A program made the translations under genes and the position numbers. Below are positions 11,501 to 22,850 of a stretch of 64,000 bases of DNA, in pieces; the stretch's first letter is position 1, and the number at the start of each line of letters is the position of its first letter. The stretch comes from Vitrella brassicaformis CCMP3155. Its lineage: Eukaryota > Protista > Chromerida. Under the pieces are notes generated by a model that saw only the letters and a list, made by a program, of their open reading frames with translations, was not told where the DNA came from and searched no databases. The DNA lies in assembly GCA_001179505.1 (NCBI GenBank), contig CDMY01000553.1:62001-126000 (forward strand), read 5' to 3'.

Positions 11501-14433
11501 GGGAGGGGAGCGGGGGCTGGATGGATCGATGGCGTTTATTTTCTGGACGCACCAGCGTGCGTGTTTTTTGGCTGACTGACTGGACGGTTGGCCGGCTGGC
11601 TGGCTGGATGCACTCACTGAGTGGCAGCACACACCATGCACTACGATACGTCGTAACCCACAACATATATCACCATGACAGCCGCACACACAAGTACATA
11701 TTCATCCCCTCACCATCCCATCCACCGCTCCGGAGAGTGTGTAGGGCCGTGTGGCGCCGTGTTGTGGCTCCCCTTTTGCAGTCAGTTTGTCGCACGTGTG
11801 TGTATGTGAATGTGTGGATGTGGGAGCGGCAGGGTCGGTACGATAGCGGGTATCAATAACGGTACGACTTGTTCCATCGGGGTGAGGTGGTTCCGTGAGG
11901 TGAGGTGGGTGGTCAGTAGTTGTCCCGTCTGCCCTGCAGCGAAGCAAAGGACGAGTGAGACAGACAGACAGACAGATGGACTGACTTACTGATTCACTGC
12001 CACCAACACACACGATGCACCCACACGTGGGATGGACGGACGGACGGTTAATACGAATGCAACGATCACTGAACACCATTACTACGAGTGCAAACGAACG
12101 GACAAGCGCGGATTTGTGCTACTTGTACCTCCCTGCCTGCCTGCATAGTGGCCCCCGTTGGTGTGGTTTACAGTCATTGTCACTTGCTTACAAGCAGAGA
12201 CGCAGCCAGCCATTTACCGTGCGTCTACCATACGAGCGAAGACCTCCACACCAACCACTGCTTCCCTCCACTTATTTACTTGATGATGATGTGGGGTTTG
12301 TCGTGTCGTGTCGTTGTGTTTTTGCCATTTTCCAGGGCAACTCTGTCTACTCCATTCATTCATTCATTCACTCATTCACTCATTCGTTCATTCCACTGGC
12401 TGGCATCCGACCCATCGGCTAATTAACTTGCTTGCGGCGGAACTGACAATGTTGATGAGATAAGAGCGAGCGGCCATGCATCCATCCATTCACACCTGTC
12501 TGTCTGACTGTCTGTGTAGGGGTGGGGATGGGCATGGTATCTATCTATCGCACGCACGTCACGGACGTAGGTCGCTCGGCACGTATGTCACGAGTACGTC
12601 CGCAAGCCTGAAATGCCTGCGTTCCATCCACTCATTTCATTTCCATGGTCTATCTTATCGCCAACTTGAACGAATAAGATGAGAAGAGCCGCGTCGCGTC
12701 GGCGTGTGGTGTTCATGTCTGTGTTGCCTTTTGGCGGCGGTGGACAGCACAGAGAATGTGGATGCAAGCAAGCAAGGAGGAAGGGAGGGGAGGGGAGGGG
12801 GGTCAGAGCGACCACCGTTACGCAGCCCTCAGCCAGTCACACGTACGCGGAGACGGGTCTTTGTCCTGAACTGTCTGCTTTTTCCCCATACACGCATTCA
12901 CATCAGTGTCTCGAGAGCTGATTTTGCCAAACCACACACACGTACCGTACAGGGGAGGGGGAGGGGGAGGGAGGGAGGGAGGGGTGAGGGTAAGGGGACG
13001 ACCAAGTCAGTTGGCCGTCCTGTTATGCACGACATGCGTCTATATATGCATAGACAGAGGGGTTCAAAGGAATCGTGCACACACGCACGTCACGTGTATG
13101 GTAAGCACGTACCACTCATCCGCACACACATGTCAGGGAAGTACGGTACGTGTGATGTGACATACATACCCCTGTGTGTGTGTACATGTCCATGTGGCCC
13201 CATCCACCCATGGCCATCTATCTGCATGTCTATCTGCATGTCTGTCTGTCTGCGACCTCCTTTTATCGTTCCATACGTCCGTACATCCTCCCTGTCTCCC
13301 TGCCTGGTTGCTGGTTGCCTGAATGTGTATGGTCGAATGTTGTGTAGTCAGTGCTTCGTGTATGTTTGTCTTTTGTTCATCCCCCATCCCACCACCCTCC
13401 TGTACCGTACCCTACCGGCCCCAAACCACTGACTTACTGACTTGGCTGACTGACCGACTGGCCGGCTGTCTTGTAAGGTGGGTAAAATAAGGTAGGTAAG
13501 GCGGGACCGCCCCCCATTCATTCGCTTCACCTTTTGTACGTCCGCCACTGGCAAGACAAGGGAGTCGAGACAGAGAGCCTCCGTGTCAGAGGTGCCAGGA
13601 GCATCTTCAGTGCGTGTGCTGCTGTGCTAGCGGCAATGGGAGATAGGATTCCATCGTGAGCTGTATTCCTTGGCATCGATCGGCGGAGGGGCGTCGCGTC
13701 GCGTGCTGTGCGGCTGCGACACGAAGCTGCCGCGACACAAGATGCGATGTCTCTTCCCTGATTGACCGAAGATCCGGCTGGGGAGTGAAGACATGACCAC
13801 GTGAAGCGAGTTGAGAGACTGGCGTTCGTTCACACGAGTGTTGCCTGCCTGCCTGCCTGCCTACGTGTCTGTCTGTGTTGCCACAGCTATATTTTTGTGA
13901 CTCAGTCATGATCGGGTGCATGGAGAGAGGCACCGTCTGTTGTGGGCAGTGAGCGACGAGCGAGCGAGGGAGGGATGGGACAGAGCAGAGCACAGGTGAA
14001 TGAATGTAATGAGGGATGGACGTCGGTCGGCACCAAATGTCTTTTCGACGTGGGGGTTCCACTGGGGCGTGCGCATGGCGTGCTTTCTACACGTGTACAT
14101 CACATGGATGGTACATACCGAGACACAACAAACAAACATGGGAGTGAGAGCACTGAATAACAAATGGAAAATGGCTTGAGACGCGCTTCATCCCGCTTAA
14201 GGCTAAGGAATCATCAGGCAGCCGATAGCGCCGCGCCCTGTCAACTCGTAACAGCATTTTCTTCAATAACCGCACGTTCGGTGTGAGTCCATCCATCCAT
14301 CCGTCCATCCATAAGCGCACGCACAAGCTGCAGTCCCCCTCTCAGGCCACCATCCACCCACGCACCCATGTGTTGGCGTGTTAAGTCCATCCATATCGGT
14401 CGTATCCTCTGCCATTCCCTCACTAGTCACTCA

Positions 14434-16230
14434 CATCACGTCACCTTGCCCACCAGAGAGGAGTGTGTTCAGCATGCATTGCATTCACTCCCTCCCTCCC
14501 TCCCTCCCTCTCTGTCTGTCTGTCACGGCCTCTTATCTACTGTAGGTCCATGTTGAGATACTTGTGGGCTGTCGTGGCGGTGAACGTTACGCCGGGGAAA
14601 TCGGCGAGGCCCCGCAGGCGGCGCACGAACGCTGCGTACTTCTCCGACTGGCGGTGGTCCAACACGCGGTTCAGGTCAGCAAGTGACCTGACATGGCAGC
14701 GCGACTCCGCCTCGCCGGCAATCCGCACCTAAGGGGAAGACACACAAAGACAGCGACGAATGAATGAATGACCGCACTGCACTGCACCCATCCCAATGGC
14801 ATCCAATCCGTCTCACTCCCTATGCTATATACATACCTCAGCATCAAAGCCGTCATCGGCCGGCAGAATGTCGGTCGATGTCACCACGATGAAGGGGTCC
14901 ACGCAGAGGACGAAGTAGAGGGTGGGCGGCCGCTGCGGCGGGGTGTTGGGCTCCTGGATGCCGCATCGGTAAATGGCCGCCAGCCCGCCACCCAATCCCC
15001 CCGCCCACCCACACACCCACTCCCGGCAGGCCTCCACATCTGCCGCCGTCCCCTGCGCGGTGCGGCGCACAGCGTACCTAAAGATGGGGCGCCTTTTGTG
15101 CCGATGGATCTCGTTGATGAGTGCGGCGTGGGACAGCTGCAGGGGGATGGGCTGCTGATGGTACGAGATGGTGAGGCGCGGGTCGATCTGCTGGCTGGCG
15201 GGCTGGTTGTTGGCGCCTGGCGCCAGCCGGATGCTGCAGTGATGCAGACGGCCATGGGCGGCAAAGGTGATCTCATCGATGGTGGGCTCGGCACCAGGAT
15301 TTGCCGGGGCGTTCCTCACGATGGAGTCCAGCGGCGCGGCCATGCCGGCCAGCGCGAGCAGCTCGTGCTCCACCAGGGCCAGCGGCATGGCCAGGAGCTG
15401 GCTCTCGGTATCTTTCTTGAACAACTTATTCTGCAGACAGATAGACGCACACGCACAGCCAGGCAGAGCACACCGAGGGCATGTACCTCGCGTCAGCCAC
15501 GCTCAAACAGTCCTTCCCCCGCTCCCTCCCTCCCTCTCTCCCTCTCTGCTGTGCTGTGCTGTGCTGTGCTGTGCTGTGCAGACGTGTGCACATACCAGGT
15601 GATTGTGTTCGATGGTGATGATCTTTCCGTGGAAGTGCAGCGACTTGAGGAGGCCCCACTTGCCCCAGTGCGTCTGCACGTTGGCCGGCAAGGCCCGGAC
15701 GGAGTGAAGCTTCTCCAGAATGATGACCATCTTGAGCCACCGGTCGGGCGTGAGGCGGGAGGCATTGCCAGGCATTGCCAGGGGAATGCGCACCCTGATG
15801 TGGTGCCGCCACAGCCAAATGCAGCACTGCTTGTCTGCTGGGATGGTGTGTGCCGGGCCCTCGCCGTAGAGCTTGACCCTGTCCCTCCAGATGTGCTGCC
15901 ACAGCGGGTCTGCAGCAGCGAGGGAAACACCCACGCCCACACACACATCAAGAATGAATGCATCAATCGGCACACAGAGATGCAAGGCGGCATCACATGG
16001 GCAGGCAGCGAGGCGTACCCTTCATGGCGTCGTAGAGGGTGCCCAGCATCGCTAAGGGCCACACGAGTCGCGACAGCCAAATGCTGTCCATCAGCAAATC
16101 TTGTGGGTGTGCAGCAGCGGCAGCGACCTGACCATGGCCACCCTCCTCGTCGTGCTGACCCTCCTCGTCGTGCTGGTCCCCGGGCTCCTGGTGGTCAGCC
16201 TGCTGCTCCCCCTCCATCAGCTCAGCCTGC
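14434..16230 (-). repeat. Right arm of the inverted segmental duplication (partner 1-1832)
   Basis: Reverse complement aligns to 1-1832, including the (CAGCA)n intron repeat and the 3' flank gtgaatgcaatgcatgctg. Confidence 0.9.
14537..16217 (-). CDS. Lineage-specific hypothetical protein, inverted paralogue of 1-1688
   Basis: Exons 16217-16019, 15909-15596, 15430-14837 and 14728-14537 give an intact frame, roughly 90% identical by eye to the left copy. The ATG follows a probable 5'UTR intron (gtgag at 16397 .. tttgcag|gctgagctgATG). Confidence 0.8.
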
Positions 16231-16525
16231 AAACAATACAATAAATGAGGCGCATGCACGTCCGACGCACCACATGCAGAGAGGCATTGCACTGAGGTGG
16301 TCATCATGATGCATCTCATGAATGCCTGGCTGTTTGTGCCAGCTGGCTGATGCATCCATGGTGATGCATTCGCTGCCTGCAATGCATTCGCTCTCACCGC
16401 TGCCGCCGAATTCAGAACGCGCTACGTGTACGATTGTCGTCTGTGGTGCTGAAGAAACAGTCTTCTCTGGTGCTGAATACGAGCCACAATCAGCCCGGGA
16501 GAGAAGAGACCTTCTGCAGACGAGC

Positions 16526-16566
16526 AGTTTCACGGAATGAGGAACCTGCAAAGCTGAGCGTGCACA
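16526..16566. promoter_or_regulatory. Second copy of the composite element (AGTTTCACGGAATGAGGA-N8-AGCTGAGCGTGCACA) in a bidirectional promoter
   Basis: Matches 3388-3422 in the same orientation. A partial third copy GTTTCACGGAGTAAG lies at ~16583-16597. Confidence 0.5.
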
Positions 16567-16992
16567 AACCCTGAAAGGCGCGGTTTCACGGAGTAAGTGA
16601 CCCTGCTATCACAACCCAGCATTCTTCGGTGGATTGCATTCGAAAGAGGAAAGGGCATGCAGACGCCACCATGGCAGTCTGGTACGCATACATCGTGCAG
16701 ATCTTTCTTCAGATGAAGGGATCACCAGGCATATATGTCACTCTGCTCTGCTCTGTTTCTGCTGTGCTCTGTCAGGCGTCTGGTCTGTCGAGGAAGTGAT
16801 TTGGCCAGCCACTGACTGCAACAACCAAACAGCAGCGATACTGCCTCCATAGAAAGTAGAAACGGCAGCCTGCACGGTGAGAGATGGACTGCCGCATCCC
16901 TCCCATGGACGCATTGCATTGCACCAATGGGCGGTTTGGTTTGTCCCTTCAGGTGCGCTTTGTGCAGCCGCAGTGACTCATTGCGTGTCGCC

Positions 16993-18271
16993 ATGAGGCT
17001 GGGTCTGAGTGCTGACCAGTTGCGGGCTCTCCGCGGTCACATCCGCTACCTCCCTCTCGACCTCCTCGTGCGCATCGCAAGCTCCTTCTCATTTGCATGC
17101 CTCACCGCATTCCGCCTGACGTCCAAGTGGCTCGGCTACAAGACCATCAGCAGTGCGTTCCTCTGCCGGTACATCGACATGTTCCTCCACAAGCGGCGCA
17201 TTGCCGATATTATCACTTTCGACCGGTCTGGGGGGGTGGCCTTCCTCATGCAGCTCATGTGCGTGTTGGAGCTGGGAGGGACGTGGGAGCGGTGGGTGCC
17301 CGTCTTCCATTTCGCCAAGAGCTGCAGCGCTGTTTGCGATTTGTACGGCGAGCAGACGGCGCTGCCCATCCAACTGTCGGTGCTTGATCTGGTGCACGTC
17401 CGGACCAAAGCCTTCTTCCTCGGTCGGCCAGAGCCCATCCGTCAGCTATTCCTGTTCGGCCACCGGCTGTGTTCGGACTGGATTGCTCATGGGCTGTGGT
17501 TTGATCATTGTGGGCGGCTGATGCTTGGGATCCATCCATTGACCATCGGTGTGCGTGAGTGCGTGCGTGTGTCGCTGCGGTTTGGCCACCGCATCCAGAA
17601 CGTCTACAACCACAGAGACTCCACCTCCGTGTGCCAGCGTAAGAGAGATACAAACAAGGGAATGCTGTGATACGGATGGATGGATCTTGTCCTGCCTGCC
17701 TGCCTGCCTGCCTGTTTGTCATTCCAGATGGCCCCCGTGTTGCCGGTTGCTTACAGGATATTGTCATGGATCGGTATGAGAGGGGCTCTGCGGGTACACA
17801 CGTCTTACATGTCCCTCATTCAGGTTCGACAAGCCAGTGTCTGAGCGTGTCAGTGAGCACCTGGTGTGGCCCGGTACTGTCGCCCATGCTCGTATGGAAG
17901 CGATCGCGGCAGAGGCGACTCCATGGTCGTGCCGCGTGGTCGAGTCGACAAGGTTCGAGGATCGGTGCCGCATGATCGTCCTCTGCGGCGACAAGCCGGG
18001 AGATCCGTTCGCGGCCTTCATCTACATCTCGCGTTGGAGCTACGACAACACGGCCAGCGTCGAGCTCAAGTCTACTGAGGAGCCTGCCCTCCCCGAATGG
18101 AAGTTCCCTGCCACAGTGGCGCTGGCGCTGCGCATCGTGGGGTGGCGGGACCTCAAGCTGCTGCTGCCGAACCTGGAGCTGCCAGGTCAGTCAGTATTCT
18201 GTGAGAAAGAGGGTGGGGCGGCCTGAAGACACACGCGTCTGTGTGGCCATGTGTCAGGGACGCCGCCGTGA
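16993..18271 (+). CDS. Hypothetical protein with an N-terminal F-box-like segment (lineage-expanded type)
   Basis: LPLDLLVRIASSFSFACLTAFRLTSKW resembles an F-box (LP..LL..I...L...L..FR..SK). Exons 16993-17638, 17728-17773, 17824-18185 and 18258-18271 join in frame, using a 50-nt intron at 17774-17823. Confidence 0.6.
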
Positions 18272-18760
18272 TCACGATGACCGATAGCTACTCTGTCACG
18301 TAAGAGGAGGCATGCCGGACGAACATGACAGACATGTGGCTGCGTGTGTTCATGGGGCCCTGATTAATGTGATGCCTGCAGGTAGCTGGATGTGCTGTAG
18401 ACGCGTTTTTCCTGTCTGGAAGCTTTTTGTGTTGTGTGGGTGCGTCGGTCCGTTTTGGTCGTTGCAAGTTTGGTGCACAGAGCAGAGGGATGGAATGAGA
18501 CACACAGACAGACAGACAGGCAGGCAGAGAGACGGACGGACGAACGGCAGCGGCAACAGTCCGTTAGATGCATGCCTGTCCACTCAGCAAGGGCACGAAT
18601 TGCCAACCAACCATCGCACAGTCCCTGCCTCGCCACACACATACAACACACACAGCGCACTGCAACCACATGCACTGCACTGGACCAAAAAACCGACGCA
18701 TTGATCGAATCGATCAGAAAGAAGCCAAGCCAGCTCGCACACGTAGCCCAGTGTGTCTGT

Positions 18761-20071
18761 CTATGACCCCCTCTTCTTGGCATTGTCGTCGACGCCTTCT
18801 TTGGCGCGTCTCAGCTCATCGGCCCTGACCACCTCCTGACACGCATTGAACAGCTGAGCCAGGTTGATCACCTGCTTGCACAAAGACAGAGGCGCGCATA
18901 TGACTGCCAGCCCCCACACTGAACGATCAGGTCAACACATCATAGCAGGAAAGGTGAGGTGGACACGGCAGAACGCTGATATGTCTCTTCGATCTCACTC
19001 GCTGATCGGATGATGCCTGGCGGCTGCTGTGTGACGGCGTAGAGGGTCAGCCAGCACATCTCGTTGCCCGCATGCAAGACAAACAGCACACCTTGCCGAC
19101 ACACACACACGGGACCGACATCGTGAACCTGTGATGGAGTGGTTGGTCGGTGTGCGCTACCGACCAGTTGTTTCATAGTAGAGCTTGAGAAGCATGTTGG
19201 CTCTGATCTTCTTGTGGGACGACGATCCCGACAACACTGAACTGACACACATATATCCACACACGGACACACAGCCGGCTGTCCACTGTCTGCGTATCGA
19301 ATCGCCCCGACTCACTCACTCCCTCACCTGTACATGTGGAACCAATGGCTCACAATGTCGAGGATCACCAGGCACAAGAATACTGCACACACACACACAC
19401 ACACACACACCAAAGGCACCACACAAGGCATATGATATCAATGCAGCGACGGCCGCCGCCTTACGGAAGTAGTATTGCGGATACAGATGGGAGTCAATCA
19501 TCAACACGACGGCAGTCGAAAACCTGACAAACACACACACACACACACACACATACATCCGTCCACCGTGCTGCGTGCTGCTTGTAGCTACACTCGCTGC
19601 AGCCAGCCACCTGTCCGTCACTTGGTCCAGCACGGCTCCGAAATGCGTTGCTGACAGAGGTAGTGAAAGGCAGCGGAGAACAAACCATCCATCCACAAGC
19701 AACGTGTGCTGCATGGCATGCAGTTGTGGTGTGTGCCAACCCCACTTTGGTTGAGCCTCCTTGCGGCCCATCCATCGAAAGCGTCGAGCACCTGGGAGGT
19801 GCTGTAGCAGACGACGAACCCCACCCACGTCACATACGCCAGGGCAAAGGCCACAAAGGCAAGCACCACACGCACATAACCTGAACAACGCACACATACA
19901 CATGCAGCAGCAGCAAAACAGCACAGATGGATGGAGAGGCACATAGAAGAGGCAGGGAGGAACATGTGCTTCTGTGTTTGTTTGATGTGCAGCTGATGTG
20001 TTCGTCGGCCCCTCACCGATGATGTTGGGAACAAACAGATAAACCGGGCTTATCCATGGTCTCCTGGACAT
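18761..20071 (-). CDS. PIS1: CDP-diacylglycerol--inositol 3-phosphatidyltransferase (phosphatidylinositol synthase), multi-exon
   Basis: N-terminal VYLFVPNIIG, CDP-alcohol phosphotransferase motif DAFDGWAARRLNQ/ATHFGAVLDQVTDR, LDIVSHWFHMY, SSHKK, AGNEMCW and KQVINLAQL. Confidence 0.93.
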
Positions 20072-20280
20072 AGCAAACACCTTTCGCGCGAGCACGTCTG
20101 AGCTCGCACGGATCGGCGCCTTTTCGAATGGCGGCTGCACGGTGGTGCACACACTTCCTGTGCATCCTGGCGTCCCTCGTGGCACGTCCTCTGTTTTTTG
20201 GCGACGCCGACGGCGCCAGAAGGTCGATTTTCTAGTCACCTTGTTGCCGGGCGTGTTTGTTGTGTGCTTGGCCCGCCATG

Positions 20281-22850
20281 ATGGTCGACGCGCGCAGCCA
20301 CGCCCTCCCCCCCTCAGCTCGAGGTGTGAGCAAAGGCTCACGTCGGCACGCGCCCCTCCACGCCCACTCCTTCGCCGAGATGCCCTCGTTCAAGCTGGCC
20401 CTCGAGCGTCACGCGTCATGCGACAGCACCTGCGAGGCCACCAACTGCTTCAGACAGAGCCTGCTGCAGGCTCTGCAGGAGCGTCTCCCTCTCCCCACGG
20501 CCACGGTGTCGATGCCGGCAGTCAGCGAGGGCGACAAGGGGCAGTGGCTGGGCGGGGTGGGTGTTGGTGTTGGTGTGGGTGGGGGCACGGGCACGCCGCC
20601 CAAGATGGTGCAGAGGAACCTGGTCAGCTACCTCAGCCGGCACTCTGACGCGGGACACACACCGAGACGGGCCATTTCGGCACTCGACTACATCACCCCA
20701 CACCGATCCCTCAGCCTCCTCATGTACGAGAGCGACAGCGACGAAGACGAGAAAAAGAAGACCACCACCACTGGCACCACCGAGGGTGATCTGCGGTTCC
20801 AGCCCATCCGGGAGGAGGACAGCCCGGTCAAGAGCGAGGCCGATGGCGACCTGCAGGTACCCCTCTTGCCATGCCAGAGCAGCACGGCCAACGCCAGCAC
20901 GGGGAGCGGCGATGCGGGGTCGCCTCGCGTCTTGTCGCCCTCACTCTCGCCATCGGCTGAGGGGCTGGGTGGTGACAGCGCCGCCACGTCGCCCCCCTAC
21001 CAGGGCGCCGTCACGCGCGAGCCGTCGTCGGCCATCTACATGCGCAGCCAGAGTCTGCCCCCGTTTGTGGGTGCCGTGGTGCCCTGCACCACAACCACCC
21101 TCTCGTCGTCCCGTCTGTCCCTCCCCAGCCCCCTGACCATCCCCACCGTGCGGCTGCCATCCACCGTTCCCTCACCCAATGACACCAGCAGCAAGACAGC
21201 GAGCTCCACACAGCCGACGCCCCCTTCCTGCTCCTCCCCCCCTCCCTGCGCCCCCTCCCCCGCCCCCAGCTCACAGGCGACTCAGATCGAGCCGCCCAGC
21301 GACGCTCGTGACCGCCGCGACGAGTCCCGTGACAACACCAAGCTGATGCTGCCCGACGCCATCCTCCGTGAGCACCGCTACGGCCGGGTGCTGTCGCCGT
21401 GTGTTCGCGACAGCTCCACCGATGCGAGCGACGACCGGCAGAGCGGCGGGCAGACGGACGATAGCGGCAGTAAGGACGACGGGGCGGCGGGGATGGGCGG
21501 AGGGCTGGGGCTGTGTATCCCGGGCCTCGTCAACCGGCGGTCCGGCGACGCTGCCAACGGCGAGATGCGCACTCCAATGGCATTCCTCCAGTGGTGAGAT
21601 CTGACGCACGCACAGGACAGGAAGGGGTATACTCTTCCTCCAGCAGCTGACGAGTGTTTCTCCGTGTTCGTTTCGTTTGTGGAACAACCAACAGGGCTCC
21701 AGCTGAGTTGCCGCCCGATGACTGCAAGGAGTCGACACCGAAAATCAAATGGAAGGACCCGCTCATAGAGGTACGTACGCCAGGCAGACTCAGACAGACA
21801 GACAGACAGACAGACAGAGGGGAATGATGACTGACACACATACACGTGTGGTTCCTGTGTTTGTGGCCACCCAGGTTCACGAGTACCCTGCCGAGTATGA
21901 CTGCTACGACCGGCACGACAGTCTGGAGAAGGAGCTGTTTGAGCAGGCCCTGCGGCTCGACATGATCGACGGCATGCCGCCCACCAACTCACCCAGACGC
22001 ATTAGCCCACGGTACGGCGCACACACACACACACGCACGCACACACACACGGGCCATGCACAGGCCAGGCCTATCATATGTGTGTATGTGTGTGTGGATG
22101 GGTGTCAGGAGTTACGCCGAGAAGGACAAGGAGGGATACGCGCTGCGCCGCAACAGCTCGTCGTCCCTCTCACCCACCACTCCCGCCAAGCTCCCAAAAG
22201 ACAGCACCAACACACAAGAGGGAGGCGGCCAACAGGCAGACCACGGTGCCGCAGACGAGGCCGACGAGGAGGACACGGACTCATCGGAGGATTCGACCGA
22301 CCTCAGCAACATCATCTCCACCCTCTCCCGCACCCGCAACTCCATCCAGCAGCTCGACCCGCTCAGACGCATCTCGCTCAGCGCCCCACGGGCCCTCCAC
22401 CCCGTCACGCCCACACTCAAGCGCGTCAGCGACGGGGCCAGCGGCAGGGGCGACGAGACGCGTCGCAGCAAGACACCTGTGATGGGGTTCGGTGCCTTTG
22501 TCGAGGACGAGACGTCACCCACAGGCCGGCGGTCGGGGGCTCATGAGGGCGACAGCAGTGGCGAGAACAAACGGGCCAGCTACGAGAGGGGCGGGTCGGG
22601 CGTGAGCAGCCTGGAGAGCGACAGCGACAAGGAGGGGGAAGACAGCAGTGCAGCGGCAGCGGCGGGCAGGAAGAAGGACAGCTCATCGCCATTGGCAAGG
22701 GGTGGGGGTATCGCTTACGAGAGGGGTGCGTCTGGTGTGAGCTCTCTGGAGTCAGACAGCGACAAGGAGGGAGAGGGACCTCCCCCTGCATGCTCGCGCG
22801 AGCGGCGGGGGTCGGGCCCCATCTCCATCGAGTCGGACGACGACAAGTGA
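20281..22850 (+). CDS. Large Ser/Pro-rich, probably disordered hypothetical protein; candidate PP1-docking motif
   Basis: Exons 20281-21593, 21695-21770, 21875-~22011 and ~22110-22850 join in frame. Contains KIKWKDPLIE/VHEYP and a twice-repeated YERGxSGVSSLESDSDKEGE. Confidence 0.75.

Noticed and set aside
1-16230. Inverted arms read as terminal inverted repeats of a large transposon
   Set aside because: The arms are spliced protein-coding paralogues, no transposase, RT or integrase ORF lies between them, and the left end is outside the window so no TSD can be tested.
17728-17840. Apparent frameshift (pseudogene) in the F-box-like gene
   Set aside because: Resolved by a 50-nt GT-AG intron at 17774-17823, which restores the frame.
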